DNA of 64,000 bases from Candidatus Sulfomarinibacteraceae bacterium (GCA_963796455.1 CAWCLO010000004.1:32001-96000), one strand, 5' to 3'. Counted from the stretch's first letter, positions 50,098 through 59,048 are shown. A program made the numbers and translations. The notes: generated from the sequence alone by a model not told the origin.

Positions 50098-50741
50098 TGG
50101 GTCGCGAAGAGGGAGACCGCCCGGCGTATCAGACGGAGAAGATTCCGACTGTCTCCACAACCACACCAACCACCGAACGAATCCGAGTTGATCGGGGTGG
50201 ACCGTCCATCGGCCGCATGGGGATGTGGCTCCTGATCGCGTCGCTCGCGGTCCTTTTTGGGGCGGCGATCGTCGGCTATCTGATCATCCGGATGCGGGCA
50301 CCGGAATGGCCCCCCCCGGGTTCGCCGGCGCTTCCCGGCGGCGTCTGGATCGGCACCGGTTTGTTGGTTGTTCTGAGTGCTCTGCTGGCCCGTGCGGAGA
50401 GCTCATGTCGAAAAGGCCAGTCCGGGACCGCGACACGGATGATGACTGCAGCGGCTGTGGTGGCGGTTGCGTTTCTCACGATCCAGGTCGGCAACTGGAT
50501 GCAATTGGCTGCGGAGACGGTGGTGCCGAAGGAGAGCCTGCTGGTCTGGGGCTTTTATGTCCTCACCTTCCTCCACGCGGTGCACGTGCTCGCGGGAATA
50601 CCGCCTTTGATCCTGGTCGCGCTGCGCACCCGTAGAGGCCACTACACGCCCGAAGAAACCGAGGGAATTCACCTCGTCGGAATGTATTGGCATTTTCTGC
50701 TGGTGACCTGGGTCGTGATTCTCGGAGTTTTGAGTTTTTAG
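50097..50741 (+). CDS. second cytochrome c oxidase subunit III-like protein
   Basis: GMWLLIAS, LHAVHVLAG, YWHFL. Confidence 0.85.
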   Translation: MGREEGDRPAYQTEKIPTVSTTTPTTERIRVDRGGPSIGRMGMWLLIASLAVLFGAAIVGYLIIRMRAPEWPPPGSPALPGGVWIGTGLLVVLSALLARAESSCRKGQSGTATRMMTAAAVVAVAFLTIQVGNWMQLAAETVVPKESLLVWGFYVLTFLHAVHVLAGIPPLILVALRTRRGHYTPEETEGIHLVGMYWHFLLVTWVVILGVLSF

Positions 50742-50828
50742 TTTTGAGGTTTGAGTTTCCGCCGAGCCCCTTCGCGGGTAACTTCCATGGGAACGTCAAC
50801 TCATAACTCAAAACTCATAACTCAAACC
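50725..50828. repeat. inverted pair of 7-mer arrays (TGAGTTT ... AACTCAT/AACTCAA)
   Basis: Left arm 50725-50758 overlaps the stop codon; right arm 50798-50828. Confidence 0.85.
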
Positions 50829-50877
50829 TCGCTGCGTCCAACGTTGCGATTGATCGTTTCGAGCCGACTCCGGTGAG

Positions 50878-52029
50878 TCAGTGGGATTGAAGGGTCGGTA
50901 ATCCAAGCTCTTTGGCGTTGACGATGCTCGGTGCGGCAGGAGGCGCCGTGCCATTGACAAACTCCAGGATCCCACCCGGGTCGGTCGAGACCGGCCAGCC
51001 TCGCAGAATAGCGGCCACGTTCGATGCCGCAAGGATGGCCATCCCTTGCCGGGCCCACCGCGTGGCCGAGGCGATGTGCGGCACGATCACCACGTTCTTC
51101 AGTCCGCTCAGACCCGGTTTCATCTTCGGTTCATTTTCGAACACGTCCAAACCGGCCTTGAATTCGGGGTTCTGTCTGCAGTGCGCCACCAGCGCCGCTT
51201 CGTCAATCACGGGTCCGCGTGCAGCGTTGATCAGGATCGCGTTGCCCTTCATCAGACGGAGCCTCTTTGCGTCAATCATGTGGTGAGTCGTCTCGTCCAG
51301 GGGCGGGTGCAGGCTGATGACGTCGGAATGTCTCAGCACCTCTTCCACGGACCGCGCGCGGGTCAACTTGATGGGCGCTTCGCCCTGCGATCGCAGGAAT
51401 TTCGAATAATCACGAATGTACTCTTCCAACTTCCGGCTCCGGTGGATGTCGTAGTAGATGCAATCCATCTTGAAGCCTTCGACCATCATCTTCGCGTACG
51501 CGGCCCCGATGCGCCCCGCTCCGATCACGCCGACCGTTTTACGGCCCAGAAGTTCGCCGAGAAAGAGCGTGGGAAGCCATCCTCCATAATTGCCGCCGCG
51601 CATGTAGGCGTCAGCCTCGGGAACTCGCCGGGCGGCCGCGAGTGTGAGGGCGACTGCCATTTCCGCCGTTGTCTCGGTAAGAACTCCGGGTGTATTGCCG
51701 ACCGGAATCCCTCTCGCGGTCGCTGCATCGACGTCGATGTTGTTGAACCCCACGGCGTAGTTGCTGTAGACCCTCCCTCCCGCATTTGCGAGGGCCGCAA
51801 AAAGCGCCGGTCCCCATTTCTCGGTCAACTGGCCGATCGCGCCGTCGCATCGGTCGCCGATGGCAGACTTGATCTCGTTCACCTTCAGGATTCGGGTCTC
51901 GGTCCCGTACTCGACCCTGGCCCCGGCGTCGGCCAGGATCTTCAGCCACCGCTCTCCCGGCAGCTCTTTTGTCACTACAACCCGTCGCGTGCCCGAGGGG
52001 TTGTAGACCTTCCAACCTGTGGCAACCAT
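50878..52029 (-). CDS. D-glycerate dehydrogenase / hydroxypyruvate reductase
   Basis: NYAVGFNN, NTPGVLTETTAE, GAGRIG, INAARG, LDVFENEP, PHIASAT. Confidence 0.92.
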   Translation of the reverse strand: MVATGWKVYNPSGTRRVVVTKELPGERWLKILADAGARVEYGTETRILKVNEIKSAIGDRCDGAIGQLTEKWGPALFAALANAGGRVYSNYAVGFNNIDVDAATARGIPVGNTPGVLTETTAEMAVALTLAAARRVPEADAYMRGGNYGGWLPTLFLGELLGRKTVGVIGAGRIGAAYAKMMVEGFKMDCIYYDIHRSRKLEEYIRDYSKFLRSQGEAPIKLTRARSVEEVLRHSDVISLHPPLDETTHHMIDAKRLRLMKGNAILINAARGPVIDEAALVAHCRQNPEFKAGLDVFENEPKMKPGLSGLKNVVIVPHIASATRWARQGMAILAASNVAAILRGWPVSTDPGGILEFVNGTAPPAAPSIVNAKELGLPTLQSH

Positions 52030-52043
52030 TGGTCCGGCCTCCT

Positions 52044-54197
52044 TCAGGGTGATGATGAGCGGCGCAGCGTGGCCAACACCAACGGGACCGCTGCGAGTTG
52101 GAGCATGGCGAGCCCGAGCGATGTGACAGTCATCCCCACCCAGGGGATCATGATAATCCCAACCGCGAGTGCAGCTGCAGCGGCACCCGCCTGGTCTGCG
52201 GAAAAGGCAACTCCTGCGGCGCGACGAATGTCAGGGACGCCGAGCCGGGTCAGACCGGGGAAGACCGCGCCCGTGAGGAGCCCGGCGACGGCCAGCAGCG
52301 GCGGGATCGTAGCAGCGGGAGCGAAAAGAGCCCAACCGGCGGCCAGAACAACCGACAACACCGAGCCGGCGATGAGCACCGCCGGCACCATACGTTCGGG
52401 GTTGCCAATCCTGGAGGCCACCAGCGATCCGGCCGCGAGACCGGCCATGAAAACCGCGGCCAGGGCGCCGATCTCGGAGTAGATCGAGCCCCGGGTGGAC
52501 TGCCATGCGGCGATCAGGAGCAGCCACCAACCCATGGAGCAGAAGCCGACCACCGCCGCGGTAGCGCCGGCGGTACGGCGGCCCAGTACGGCGACGACGA
52601 AAAATATCATTGTGACCACAAGCAGCGCCGCGGCAAGAGGCCGAGCAACCCGTCCCTCGAGGGCGGCGATCGACGGCAGGAGACCCGGCAGGGATCGTGC
52701 CTCGTGGAGACCACCGGCCAGCAACACCGCACGAGGATGGCGGATCGTGTTGACTTCCGAGTCGAGGTGGAGCCGGGCGAGGAGATCGGAGGATCGGTCT
52801 TGGTCCAACACAAGAGGAATCAACTCCGGAGAGATCCCGGTGGAATCCGTTGCGGTCGCCGGCAGGCGGCGAACGAGTTCCTCGGGGTCGAGAGTCAAGT
52901 CTGCCTCCGGCCCGCCCGCCACCACCAGGGTGTCCTCTCCCGAGATGACGAGAACCGGCCCGAAGGCCTCGTGCACGGTGCTCGCGAGAACCGACAACAG
53001 CCTACCGCCCACACCTCCCAGATACGTGTCCGATACCCCGACTCGCATCACCAACACTCCGTCCGGACGCATCCGCTCGCGGCACCTCTGCAGAAACTCG
53101 AGGGTCCGGGTGCGGTTGTTACGAAGCGTGGTCGGGTCCGGGTCGAGCAGGATGACCAGATCCCAGAGTCCACCCTCTTCGAGCGCCAGCAGCGGATCAG
53201 TGGCAGCAGCCTGGACCATCGGCAGGTCGAGCGCCGCGTTCATCTCGGCACCGTAGACAGAGGGCAGCACTCGCAACAGGTCCGGGTCCTCTTCCACCAC
53301 TCGCACGCGGTTGGCCTGGTGGCTCGACATGGCCTCGATGGTTCCGTCGATTACACAACCGACGGCCAGGATGTCGCGGGGGCGGGGGTGGAGGGTCATC
53401 AGGAGGTGGGCCCTCGGCTTAACTCGGTATTGGTCGGGGTAGGTGGCCAGGAGGCGCCCGTCTCCGTAGATCGAGGTCGGCGGTCCGTCCGAGATCATGA
53501 TCTGCTGGTAGCGGGTTTCGAGCCACGATCGGAGGGCGCCCGGACGGCCGGAAGCACTCCATTCCGCCCGCGCGAGGGCGCCGCCGGCTGGTACGGCCAG
53601 CGCGAGCGTCGCGACCGCCAACGCCGCAGCGGTGACGGACCGCCGTTGCCACGCCGTTCCAGCTGCAACCACGCCGAGCCCGCAGCAGGTGGCGGAGGCG
53701 GCGCCGAGGTGGATGAGCCCGAACGTGAGCAGGGTGCCGCCAATCAGTGCTCCCAGCGCCTCAAAACCGTAGGCCCGGCCCCCTCCAGTTGAACCGAGCG
53801 CGCCGGCAAGGGCCGGGAATGCGAAGCCCCCGGCGAAGGCCGCCGGGACAATTGCCAGGGCCCACAACCACAGGGCGGAAGCAGTGGTGATGGTTTCGCC
53901 GGGCGCGGCCCCGATGGCGGCCGGAGCGATCCGCAGAGCGACGATGCCGAGGCTCGCCAGCAAGAGCACCATCGTCGGCAGCCATGTGGCCAGATCGACG
54001 GAGCCGAACCGCGCCCCGGCCCGGGCTCCCGCGGCCATCCCGGCCAGCCACAGGGCCATGACAACGCCCCAAGAAATCTCAGAACCCCCCATCGCGGCCA
54101 TGGCTTCGCGCACCAGCAGAGCCTGCCCGATGACAGTCGCAAAGCCCAGGAGCGCGACGGTAAGGCGTGGATCGGTACGATTTGATGAAGGGCTCAC
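52044..54197 (-). CDS. multi-pass membrane protein with spermidine-synthase-like domain
   Basis: N- and C-terminal TM bundles; ETRYQQI, VVEEDP, WDLVILLDPDP, TLEFL...PDGV; start reset to GTG 54197. Confidence 0.75.
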   Translation of the reverse strand: MSPSSNRTDPRLTVALLGFATVIGQALLVREAMAAMGGSEISWGVVMALWLAGMAAGARAGARFGSVDLATWLPTMVLLLASLGIVALRIAPAAIGAAPGETITTASALWLWALAIVPAAFAGGFAFPALAGALGSTGGGRAYGFEALGALIGGTLLTFGLIHLGAASATCCGLGVVAAGTAWQRRSVTAAALAVATLALAVPAGGALARAEWSASGRPGALRSWLETRYQQIMISDGPPTSIYGDGRLLATYPDQYRVKPRAHLLMTLHPRPRDILAVGCVIDGTIEAMSSHQANRVRVVEEDPDLLRVLPSVYGAEMNAALDLPMVQAAATDPLLALEEGGLWDLVILLDPDPTTLRNNRTRTLEFLQRCRERMRPDGVLVMRVGVSDTYLGGVGGRLLSVLASTVHEAFGPVLVISGEDTLVVAGGPEADLTLDPEELVRRLPATATDSTGISPELIPLVLDQDRSSDLLARLHLDSEVNTIRHPRAVLLAGGLHEARSLPGLLPSIAALEGRVARPLAAALLVVTMIFFVVAVLGRRTAGATAAVVGFCSMGWWLLLIAAWQSTRGSIYSEIGALAAVFMAGLAAGSLVASRIGNPERMVPAVLIAGSVLSVVLAAGWALFAPAATIPPLLAVAGLLTGAVFPGLTRLGVPDIRRAAGVAFSADQAGAAAAALAVGIIMIPWVGMTVTSLGLAMLQLAAVPLVLATLRRSSSP

Positions 54198-54224
54198 GCG
54201 CCCATTATGGCGCACCAATGAACT

Positions 54225-54309
54225 AGGAATGATGAGTTCGGAATTCGGAGTTGCGGATAGGTCACCTTGTGTGATGGGAGGATGAACTCCGAACTCCAAA
54301 CTCCGAACT
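54225..54309. repeat. inverted pair of 7-mer arrays (GAGTTCG/GAATTCG ... GAACTCC)
   Basis: Left arm 54225-54252; right arm 54284-54309 next to the pepD stop. Confidence 0.85.
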
Positions 54310-54311
54310 TG

Positions 54312-55778
54312 TTACGCGAGTGCTTCCAATACCGCGGCGAGGTGCTTGTAGAACTTCTGCACCGACGAGATCTGGACCCGCTCCTCTGGGGAATGGGCGT
54401 TCTCGATCTGCGGACCGATCGAGGCCACATCCATCTCCGGGATCTTTTCGATCAGCAGTCCGCATTCGAGACCGGCGTGGATCGCCTTGAGTTCGGCCTC
54501 TTCGCCAAAGAGTTCCTTGTAGACCTCGGCCGTCTTCTGCACGATCGGTGACGAAGGATTGGGCTTCCAACCCGGATAGGCGTCGTCGATGCGGACGGTC
54601 GCGCCTGCCTGGCGGAAGATCGAACCGGCCTGCCGACGCACCGCATAGAGTGCGGGCATGATCGAAGACCGGTGGGAAACTGTCATCTCGGCGTGGTCAC
54701 CACGGTTGATGACCACCGCCATGTTGTTTGAGGTCTCCACCAGCCCGTCGACGTCGCGCGACATGGTCAGCACACCGTGGGGCATGCCGTCGAGCACTCG
54801 AAGCAAACGATCCCTTGCGTGCACGTTGAGAACCTGCCGGTATTCATCATTGTCGTCCACCTCCTCGACCGCCACTGCAAGGTCGGGATCGGAGGCGAGA
54901 AACTCTGCTTCGAATTCGCCCTTCTGGGTTTTTGCGACGGCCTTGAAGGCGTCGACCTTCGATTTGTCGACCCGGCACACGGCAAAGCATTCGCGAGGAA
55001 TGGCATTGTGCTTCGACCCGCCGTCGATCGAGACCAGATCGACTTCGATCCCGTCTTCGAGCGCGGCCAACACGACTCTCGTGGCGAGCTTGATGGCATT
55101 GGCCCGGTTTTCGATGATATTGAGCCCCGAATGGCCGCCCCGTAATCCGGTCACCGAGAGCTTGACCGGAACTGAACCGAGGGACGCAACTCGACGGGCG
55201 GTTTTGAGCTTGGCGATGGAATCCGCTCCACCGGCGCAGCCAAGATAGATTGCCCCGTCTTCTTCGGTGTCGAGATTGAGCATGATGCGACCGGTCACGA
55301 TCGACGGATCGAGGTCCTTGGCTCCGGTCAGACCGGTTTCTTCGTCGACAGTACACAGCAACTCGAGCGGCCCGTGGACGACATCCGGATCATCGGCCAT
55401 CGCCATCGCTGCAGCCACACCGATACCGTTGTCGGCTCCGAGGGTGGTGCCTTTGGCCTGGACCCAGTCTCCAACGACCTCGACCTTGATGCCCTCGGTC
55501 ATGAAGTCGTGCTCCACATCGGAGTTTTTCTCGCACACCATATCGACGTGGCCCTGGAGCACGATGGTCGGGGCGTTTTCGTGGCCGGGGGTCGCGGGCA
55601 CCCTGACGGTGAAGCTTCCGGCCTCGTCCTGGACGACCTCGAATCCGCGGTCGGCGGCCCAGTTCTTGAGTTTTTCGATAATTTTCTCTTCGTGTTTCGA
55701 GGGACGGGGAGTCTGCCGGATCAGATCGAAGTGCTGCCACAGCAGTTTCGGCTCGAGGGACTCCAAAGGACTGGTCAT
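54312..55778 (-). CDS. pepD: aminoacyl-histidine dipeptidase
   Basis: PRPSKHE, LQGHVDMV, TTLGADNGIG, VDEETG, GGHSG, IHAGLECG, HSPEE. Confidence 0.95.
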   Translation of the reverse strand: MTSPLESLEPKLLWQHFDLIRQTPRPSKHEEKIIEKLKNWAADRGFEVVQDEAGSFTVRVPATPGHENAPTIVLQGHVDMVCEKNSDVEHDFMTEGIKVEVVGDWVQAKGTTLGADNGIGVAAAMAMADDPDVVHGPLELLCTVDEETGLTGAKDLDPSIVTGRIMLNLDTEEDGAIYLGCAGGADSIAKLKTARRVASLGSVPVKLSVTGLRGGHSGLNIIENRANAIKLATRVVLAALEDGIEVDLVSIDGGSKHNAIPRECFAVCRVDKSKVDAFKAVAKTQKGEFEAEFLASDPDLAVAVEEVDDNDEYRQVLNVHARDRLLRVLDGMPHGVLTMSRDVDGLVETSNNMAVVINRGDHAEMTVSHRSSIMPALYAVRRQAGSIFRQAGATVRIDDAYPGWKPNPSSPIVQKTAEVYKELFGEEAELKAIHAGLECGLLIEKIPEMDVASIGPQIENAHSPEERVQISSVQKFYKHLAAVLEALA

Positions 55779-55874
55779 GAGGGCCTCCGTGATTTTCGGG
55801 ATTGAACCGGCGGGACCGGCTCCAGCATGATACCGGATCTCTTCCCGAACCGCATTCCCGGTTTGGGCTGCAAT

Positions 55875-56810
55875 TCAGACCAGTGAATCGAGAATATCGA
55901 TGGCTGTCATGGCACCGCCCGCTCGGAGGCCGTCGGCCATCAGTGTGAGGGCCAATTGACTGCCGTCAGGTGACAGCGCGGGTGGCGCCACCAATATCCG
56001 ATCGTTGTCGGGCACCGAATCCAGACCGATCGGGAAGGTCGCGAGTTCGAGGTCTTCGGCCTCGCCGAGAAAACTCTCGATCTCGGTCAACTCGAGGGAT
56101 CGATCAAAGCTCAGAGTGAGAAAGGCGAGGTGACCGTGAAAACACCCGCCAAGGCAGCGCACGACGGCAAGCGGTGTGTCTGGGAGCACGATGGCTGCCT
56201 CGGTTTGAAGATCGCCGCTGTCGACCGCTACGGTGTTGAAAGCGAGGACGTGGCCGAAGATCCGATCGGCGACCGGAGCTCCTTGAACCCTCAGCAGGGC
56301 CTGTTGCGCCAGGAGGTCGATCCCCTCTCGACCGAGAGACGAGACCGGATCGACGGCGATCAGCGATCCGCGGAGCTTGCCGAGATGCTGTAAGAGTTCA
56401 ACAATCGACGATGTGGCGGTCAATGCAGGATGGGTGACGCGCAGCCGTCTCGAATCGGAATGGACGCGGCCCGCTGAGGGCTCGACGAGATCATCGAGGC
56501 AGCCCAGATGGGAAAGATCGATCAGCGCCACATCGGCTTCCTCGGCGAGATGCTCGAGCAGGTGATCATGACGCGACGAGATGGCATCCGATGCGACCAC
56601 GATGACATCAAAGCCCTTCAGCTGCTCGGCGCTCTCGAGTGGGGGGACCAGCGCCGGGTCGTCGGCGACCTCTGCGATCTGATGTTCTTCGTCGAGGTCG
56701 GTGTGAAAAAAACCGAAGTCGCTGACCATCCGACTGAGGCGTTCACGATCTGTAAGGAATTCACGTCCCACCAGGGACAGAGGATCAAGGACCAGTACTC
56801 TCGCCGACAT
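55875..56810 (-). CDS. Asd/ArgC-like dimerisation domain protein (degenerate)
   Basis: SLVGRE, IDLS, VSSLGREG, VLAFN, GCFHGH, DGLRAGGA; lacks the catalytic NC(S/T) motif. Confidence 0.7.
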   Translation of the reverse strand: MSARVLVLDPLSLVGREFLTDRERLSRMVSDFGFFHTDLDEEHQIAEVADDPALVPPLESAEQLKGFDVIVVASDAISSRHDHLLEHLAEEADVALIDLSHLGCLDDLVEPSAGRVHSDSRRLRVTHPALTATSSIVELLQHLGKLRGSLIAVDPVSSLGREGIDLLAQQALLRVQGAPVADRIFGHVLAFNTVAVDSGDLQTEAAIVLPDTPLAVVRCLGGCFHGHLAFLTLSFDRSLELTEIESFLGEAEDLELATFPIGLDSVPDNDRILVAPPALSPDGSQLALTLMADGLRAGGAMTAIDILDSLV

Positions 56811-57588
56811 TGGAATCTCCTGTTTCCGCCTCACCGGTGGCGACTGCCGGGGTCGACCGGTGTCGCGCTTTTTTTGTCAGAACCGTGACCGGGGCCGAAA
56901 GGATATATACGGCGGCCAGTATGGACAGGACATGAGGCGTCAAGGTCACGAGAGAAAAGACCACTGCGATGAGAAACAGCGTCGGCGCCGGCCATTTTTT
57001 CCGCAGATTGACCGCCTTGAAGGATGGATAGGGGAGGTTCGAGACCATCAGAAGTGAGAGCCCAAGGACGAAGGCCGCCACCACCGGTTTGAAGGCGGGA
57101 TGGGTCACCGTCGTCGGCGACATCAGAACCAGCATGGCGATCGAACCGGCACCGGCCGGAATCGGGAGGCCGATAAAATCTATGGAGTCGTGCTGTTTGG
57201 CTGAAAAACGGGCGAGACGAATCGACCCCGCCACCAGAAAGAGAAACGCGACCGCCATTCCGATTCTCGGCACATCCGACAGCCCCCATTGATAGGCCAG
57301 GAGCGCCGGCGCGATACCAAAGGAGACGACGTCTGCCAGGGAATCGAATTCTTCACCGAACTGGGTGGCAGTGCCGGTGAGCCGGGCGATTCGGCCGTCC
57401 AGGACGTCGGCGAAAATGGCGACCAGGATCAGCACCGCTGACCGTTCGAAGTGACCCTGGCTCGAATGGATGATCGAAAGAAAGCCACAGAAGATATTGG
57501 CCACGGTAAAGAGCGACGGGATCAGATAGAACCCGCGACTTACGTGACCGTCGTTCCGTCTACGGCGTTTGATGCGGGGCAACCTCAC
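56785..57588 (-). CDS. pssA: CDP-diacylglycerol--serine O-phosphatidyltransferase
   Basis: PSLFT, DVLDGRIAR, FGEEFDSLADVVSFGIAPA, RLARF, FIGLPIP. Confidence 0.93.
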   Translation of the reverse strand: MRLPRIKRRRRNDGHVSRGFYLIPSLFTVANIFCGFLSIIHSSQGHFERSAVLILVAIFADVLDGRIARLTGTATQFGEEFDSLADVVSFGIAPALLAYQWGLSDVPRIGMAVAFLFLVAGSIRLARFSAKQHDSIDFIGLPIPAGAGSIAMLVLMSPTTVTHPAFKPVVAAFVLGLSLLMVSNLPYPSFKAVNLRKKWPAPTLFLIAVVFSLVTLTPHVLSILAAVYILSAPVTVLTKKARHRSTPAVATGEAETGDSNVGESTGP

Positions 57589-58223
57589 GAGTGATTGGTG
57601 TCCGCAAAGCGGGCCAGCGCCGTTTCACCGGCGCGAACCCGATCGCCCATCGATACGAGAACTTCAGCATCGTCTGGCAGAAAAACATCCACCCGGGAAC
57701 CATAGCGGATCAAACCGATTCGGTCACCCCTGGCCAGGGTCTTTCCGGGCGCGTGGTCGAAGACGATCCGGCGGGCGATCAAACCGGCAATTTGTTTGAG
57801 AGCTATCTTGCCGGATGGGCCCTCCCAAACCGACAGATTCTGTTCGTTTTCGAGCGAAGCTTTTTCTTTGAACGCAGAGAACTTTCGTCCGGGGTTGTAG
57901 CTGTAGGTGAGCAGTGTTCCTGCGATGGACGCTCGATTCACGTGGACATCAAAGACAGACATGAAGACGCTCACTTGCTTCGGCAGGCCAAGATCGGAAA
58001 TCTCCGCGGGTGCTCGATCAATCTTGATGATCTTGCCGTCTGCCGGGGAACAGGCAACCCGTTCGTCACGGTCGCAGCTGCGGTCCGGGTTGCGAAAGAA
58101 AAAAAGCGCGAACAAACCCGCGAAAACCAGGATGGCGGCGGGAACGGGCCAGCCGAGGAGCAGGGCCACAACTCCCACGCACACCGGAACCAAGACGAAG
58201 GGCCAACCCTCAGGAGCGATCAT
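57585..58223 (-). CDS. psd: phosphatidylserine decarboxylase proenzyme
   Basis: FFRNPDR, SPADG, FMSVFDVHVNR, QIAGLIARRI, IRYGSRVD. Confidence 0.93.
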   Translation of the reverse strand: MIAPEGWPFVLVPVCVGVVALLLGWPVPAAILVFAGLFALFFFRNPDRSCDRDERVACSPADGKIIKIDRAPAEISDLGLPKQVSVFMSVFDVHVNRASIAGTLLTYSYNPGRKFSAFKEKASLENEQNLSVWEGPSGKIALKQIAGLIARRIVFDHAPGKTLARGDRIGLIRYGSRVDVFLPDDAEVLVSMGDRVRAGETALARFADTNHS

Positions 58224-58237
58224 GAAAACTCTCTTGC

Positions 58238-58432
58238 TTACCGGCGGAGCAGTTCCATCTGGTCTTTGAGGCGCAGCTTGAGTTTTTTGAGGCGTTTTTC
58301 CTCGATCTCCTCCTCCGGCGTGAGCCAAGACTTCTTGCGTATTTCTTCGAGTCGTCGTTCATAGTCCTGGTGTTGACTCCGGAGATCTTCAAAAGTAGGA
58401 GACGATTCAAGCTGCTCGGGGTTTGGATTCAT
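58238..58432 (-). CDS. DUF465 / YdcH-like small protein
   Basis: HQDYERRL...LTPEEEIE..RLKKLKLRLKD; GGAGG RBS before MNPNP. Confidence 0.8.
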   Translation of the reverse strand: MNPNPEQLESSPTFEDLRSQHQDYERRLEEIRKKSWLTPEEEIEEKRLKKLKLRLKDQMELLRR

Positions 58433-58481
58433 TCCGATCCTCCCTTGTGATCGAGTTTCATTACCCATCCTAGCACCGCTG

Positions 58482-58601
58482 GCAGAGGAGCAGAGGAGCA
58501 GAGGAGCAGAGGAGCAGAGGAGCAGAGGAGCAGAGGAGCAGAGGAGCAGAGGAGCAGAGGAGCAGAGGAGCAGAGGAGCAGAGGAGCAGAGGAGCAGAGG
58601 A
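58482..58601. repeat. perfect octamer array (GCAGAGGA)x15
   Basis: Counted directly: 120 bp. Confidence 0.97.
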
Positions 58602-58635
58602 TCTGCCCTTATCACGAACGAAGTCTCCGGTACGG

Positions 58636-58700
58636 TTCTCCCTTTCCCCCTTTCTCCTTTCTCCCTTTCTCCCTTTCTCCCTTTCTCCCTTTCCCCCTTT
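58636..58700. repeat. degenerate octamer array (TTCTCCCT)n
   Basis: About 8 units seen directly. Confidence 0.9.
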
Positions 58701-58719
58701 CGGGAACGGAACTGTCGTT

Positions 58720-59048
58720 CAAGATGTCATCCTGAGCGAAGCGCCTTTGGCGCGCAGTCGAAGGATCTGCGGATCACGGGCGTTTCGGCCCATCTCATAG
58801 ATCCTTCGACTACGCCCCTGTAGGGGCTACGCTCAGGATGACATCGGGAGGCGATACTCGCGTGCAGGAAAAATCCGTGATCAACGGTTCTCCCTTTCGG
58901 GAAATCGTACGAATCGCGAGTGGGATAAGGGTAATGAACCAACGGTTGCCCATCGATAGCGATAGCGATCGTTACTCAGCCCCTCAGCCATGTGGTTCGG
59001 GAATCCAGCATCCAGTATCCAACATCCAGTATCCAGCATCGAGCGAGC
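58720..59048 (+). repeat. ~330-bp dispersed repeat starting with a cruciform (58723-58845)
   Basis: GATGTCATCCTGAGCG/CGCTCAGGATGACATC outer arms; colinear with 63445-63764. Confidence 0.9.

Noticed and set aside
58482..58700. CRISPR array, here or in the other repeat islands
   Set aside because: Repeats are 6-8-bp tandem units without unique spacers of regular length; no cas genes.
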